A DNA stretch of 64,000 nucleotides from Desulfobacterales bacterium (GTDB taxonomy: Bacteria; Desulfobacterota; Desulfobacteria; Desulfobacterales; UBA2174), in assembly GCA_963668645.2 (NCBI GenBank), contig CAXXWC010000020.1, positions 165,586 through 229,585 on the forward strand. The letters run 5' to 3'. Both the position numbers and the translations under genes were made by a program. Under the pieces are notes generated by a model. The model had not been told where the DNA came from and ran no database searches. It was given only the letters and a program-made list of their open reading frames with translations. Below are positions 60,947 through 64,000 of the stretch, in pieces. The first letter of the stretch is position 1; each line of letters starts with the position of its first letter.

Positions 60947-61291
60947 ATGGACAGACTGCGCGAGATCACCCGCCGGCGCAAGCAGGCCCACAAGCGGCTG
61001 CTCGATCTGGACGCCAAGGTTTACCAGGCCTTTCTGGCCATGGAGGCCGCCGCTTTCAGCGACGGCGCGCTGCCCGGAAAGATCAAGGAGCTGATCGCCG
61101 TGGGTATTTCGGTGGTCATCGACTGCGAATCATGCATGCAGTGGCATATCGAGCAGGCCGCCGCGGCCGGCGCCAGCCAGAGGGAAGTGCTTGAAGCGGT
61201 GGAGGTGGGGATCGAGATGGGCGGCGGTCCGGCCACGGTCTCGGCCCGTTTCGCCCTGGAGGTGATGGCCGAGGTCTTCGGCCAGGGCTAG
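60947..61291 (+). CDS. Carboxymuconolactone decarboxylase/AhpD family protein
   Basis: DGALPGKIKELIAVGIS...CESC..WH...GAS..EVLEA. Confidence 0.88.
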   Translation: MDRLREITRRRKQAHKRLLDLDAKVYQAFLAMEAAAFSDGALPGKIKELIAVGISVVIDCESCMQWHIEQAAAAGASQREVLEAVEVGIEMGGGPATVSARFALEVMAEVFGQG

Positions 61292-61312
61292 GCGCGGCAT
61301 TCCGTTGCGGTT

Positions 61313-62578
61313 CTATCGTTGCGGCGGTCGCCCGAAGGCCTGCCCCGCCAGGGACCGATCGCGGCCCCGGTAAGTACCGTCCGCCATTTCCCGGTGCACC
61401 ACCCGGCTGAGGAGCCTGAACATCTTCAACTCCTGGCTGGCATCGGCATAGAAGGTCTGCCAGGCCCAGGCCAGCAGCTCCTGGAGCCGTTCGGCGCTCA
61501 TGTGGCGCGGCCGGAAGACCACCTTGTCCGCCGTATAGTCATCCCAGTCGTAGGAAAGGATCCGCCCCTGGCCGTGCAGCTCGTCCCAGGCCTTGGTATG
61601 GGGAAAGGGGGTCAGAACGGTGAATTCGGCCAGGTCGAGGTCGATTTCCAAAAGGAAATCGATCAGGCGCCGGATTTCGTCTTCGGTGTGCCGGTCCAGG
61701 CCCAGCAGGATCGTGCCTTCCACCGCGATGCCGTGGTCCTTGTAGCGCCGGATCCGTTCGCGGATGTAGTCCGAGGTGTCGAAGACCGCCTGGTAGACGT
61801 ACCAGGCCCCGGCCCTGGCGGCCAGGTCGAGGACCTGCGGATCGTCCTCGATGGGATGGCTGCACCATTTTTTCTTGAGCCCGATCATCTGCCGGAAAAG
61901 CTCTTTTTCCCAGTCTGTGTCCTGGGCCAGAGAGTTGTCCACCACGAAAAGGCGGTGGTTGTCGATGGCCGCCATTTCCGCGATGGTCTTTTCGATGGGC
62001 CGCGGCCGGAAGCGCCGGCCGCCCAGATAGGCCACGCAGCACGGGTAGCAGTGGTAGCGGCAGCCGCGCGAGGCGTGCACCAGGTCGACCATCTGGACCC
62101 CGCGGTAGTTGTAGAGCCGCCGGTTGAGAATCTCGCGCCGTGCCGTGCCGACGGCGGCGATGGGCGGCGGGTCGTTCAGATAGTCGTAGACCGGGGCCAG
62201 CCGTCCCCGGCGCCAGTCGTCCAGGACTTTTTGCATGCGGCCCTCAGCCTCGCCGAGAAAGACGCTGTCGGCGTGGGCCATGGTCTGCTCGGCATGCAGC
62301 ATGGTGGCGATCCCGCCGCAGATCACCGGCACCCCGCGGCGCCGGTAGGCATCGGCGATCTGCCAGCCGCGCTGGACCTGGGCCGTGAGCATCATGGAGA
62401 TGCCCACCATATCGGCCGGGGTTTCAAAGTCGATCTCTTCCAGGTTTTCGTCCACGAACTGCACCTCGACCTCCGGCGGCAGGGTGGCGGCAAAGACCAC
62501 CGGGCCGTGGGGGGGCAGATGGAACTCGGTCTGGTAGGCGAGCTTGGGCCAGCGCGGGTAGATGAGGAGAAATTTCAT
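61313..62578 (-). CDS. B12-binding domain radical SAM protein
   Basis: N-terminal cobalamin-binding-like domain (GGIAT), SRGCRYHCYPC (CxxxCxxC) and LTPFPHT. Confidence 0.88.
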   Translation of the reverse strand: MKFLLIYPRWPKLAYQTEFHLPPHGPVVFAATLPPEVEVQFVDENLEEIDFETPADMVGISMMLTAQVQRGWQIADAYRRRGVPVICGGIATMLHAEQTMAHADSVFLGEAEGRMQKVLDDWRRGRLAPVYDYLNDPPPIAAVGTARREILNRRLYNYRGVQMVDLVHASRGCRYHCYPCCVAYLGGRRFRPRPIEKTIAEMAAIDNHRLFVVDNSLAQDTDWEKELFRQMIGLKKKWCSHPIEDDPQVLDLAARAGAWYVYQAVFDTSDYIRERIRRYKDHGIAVEGTILLGLDRHTEDEIRRLIDFLLEIDLDLAEFTVLTPFPHTKAWDELHGQGRILSYDWDDYTADKVVFRPRHMSAERLQELLAWAWQTFYADASQELKMFRLLSRVVHREMADGTYRGRDRSLAGQAFGRPPQR

Positions 62579-63212
62579 CGGGGAGCCTCGGCAGGCAGGC
62601 GAAGAGCCGAAATGAGCTTGAGGTTCAGGCGGTAGCCCGCCGGTCCATGGGCCTGGAGGGTGATGTGCTGCGGCAGGCTGCCGGTCGATGTTCTAAGAAT
62701 CGCCGTGCGCCGCAGGCGGCCGGCCGCGTCGAACCGTTCCAGGCGCCAGCCGCCAGGATCGGCCGAAATATCGGTAATCTGCCTGCCGGCATAGCGGCAA
62801 ACGGTCCGGCCGTCGGAGGTGCGCCCGCTTGTCGCCTCGCCGGCCGGGGCCAGCAGGACCAGGCGGACGTCGGCGAGCAGGCCGGCGGCGAACCCGGGCC
62901 GGTCAAAAGGCGGCAGGGCCCGGCGGATTTCTAGATTGCCGGCGTCCAAGGCTTCGAACAGAACCAAGCCCTCCACGGTCATCAGGGTGCAGTCGAGGGT
63001 CTGCTCGGATGACGAAAGCTGCGTAACGCCCACCAGCAGCCCGCGGCTTGCGTTCGGGTAGGTCGCTTCGATGGCATGCACCACCTGCCAGCGCCCCTGG
63101 AGAAAAATCGCCGGGCAAAAGGATGCGTCGCCGGCCGGCGCCAGGGCCGGCAGATTCGCGCAGCCGTAAGGGCCTGCTGCCAGGCACAGGGCCAGGAGCC
63201 ACAGGCGCCGGA

Positions 63213-63216
<4 letters not shown>
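62575..63216 (-). CDS. Lipoprotein (DUF3261-like)
   Basis: Lipobox YGC; MTVEGLVLF...LLADVRLV; positioned within the fab cluster. Confidence 0.6.

Positions 63217-64000
<784 letters not shown>

Noticed and set aside
42368..62635. Long antisense ORFs (e.g. 42368-44386, 48176-50134, 61319-62635)
   Set aside because: They lie opposite well-supported genes in GC-rich DNA and have no recognisable motifs.

Overview
This 64-kb window looks like chromosome from a GC-rich sulfate-reducing deltaproteobacterium (Desulfobacterales-like gene content; inference). A GC-rich backbone (1-~5.3 kb and ~42.3-64 kb) flanks a ~37-kb mosaic, mostly more AT-rich accessory region. The left backbone has phnW, alkaline phosphatase, YibE/F, prs and a GNAT. 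The accessory region holds (i) hipB with an internally deleted hipA and an attC-like cassette remnant; (ii) a small EACC1-like gene coupled to a 1461-aa CHAT(caspase-like)-STAND NTPase-TPR protein whose sensor is ten near-identical 120-bp repeats varying mainly at one di-residue, the best candidate for an undescribed system; (iii) RhuM, an IS256 remnant with a nested palindromic MITE-like element, and a tandem array of hybrid histidine kinases showing duplication, conversion and chimerism; (iv) an AT-rich catabolic cluster (DapA-like, panB, aminotransferase, TAXI-TRAP, divergent murI) with a regulator that fuses an apparently inactive tyrosine-recombinase domain to GntR/FCD; and (v) a MACPF-like gene split by an IS3-family element with a 3-bp target duplication. 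The right backbone has a sigma-54 promoter before a dksA-HU region, a FadR-TauE pair with operator boxes, recQ, a cyclase-deacetylase-LysM operon, a frameshifted large surface protein, and the end of a fabG/LolA/radical-SAM lipid cluster. No rRNA, tRNA or CRISPR array was seen. All family calls come from motif recognition by eye; no database searches were run.
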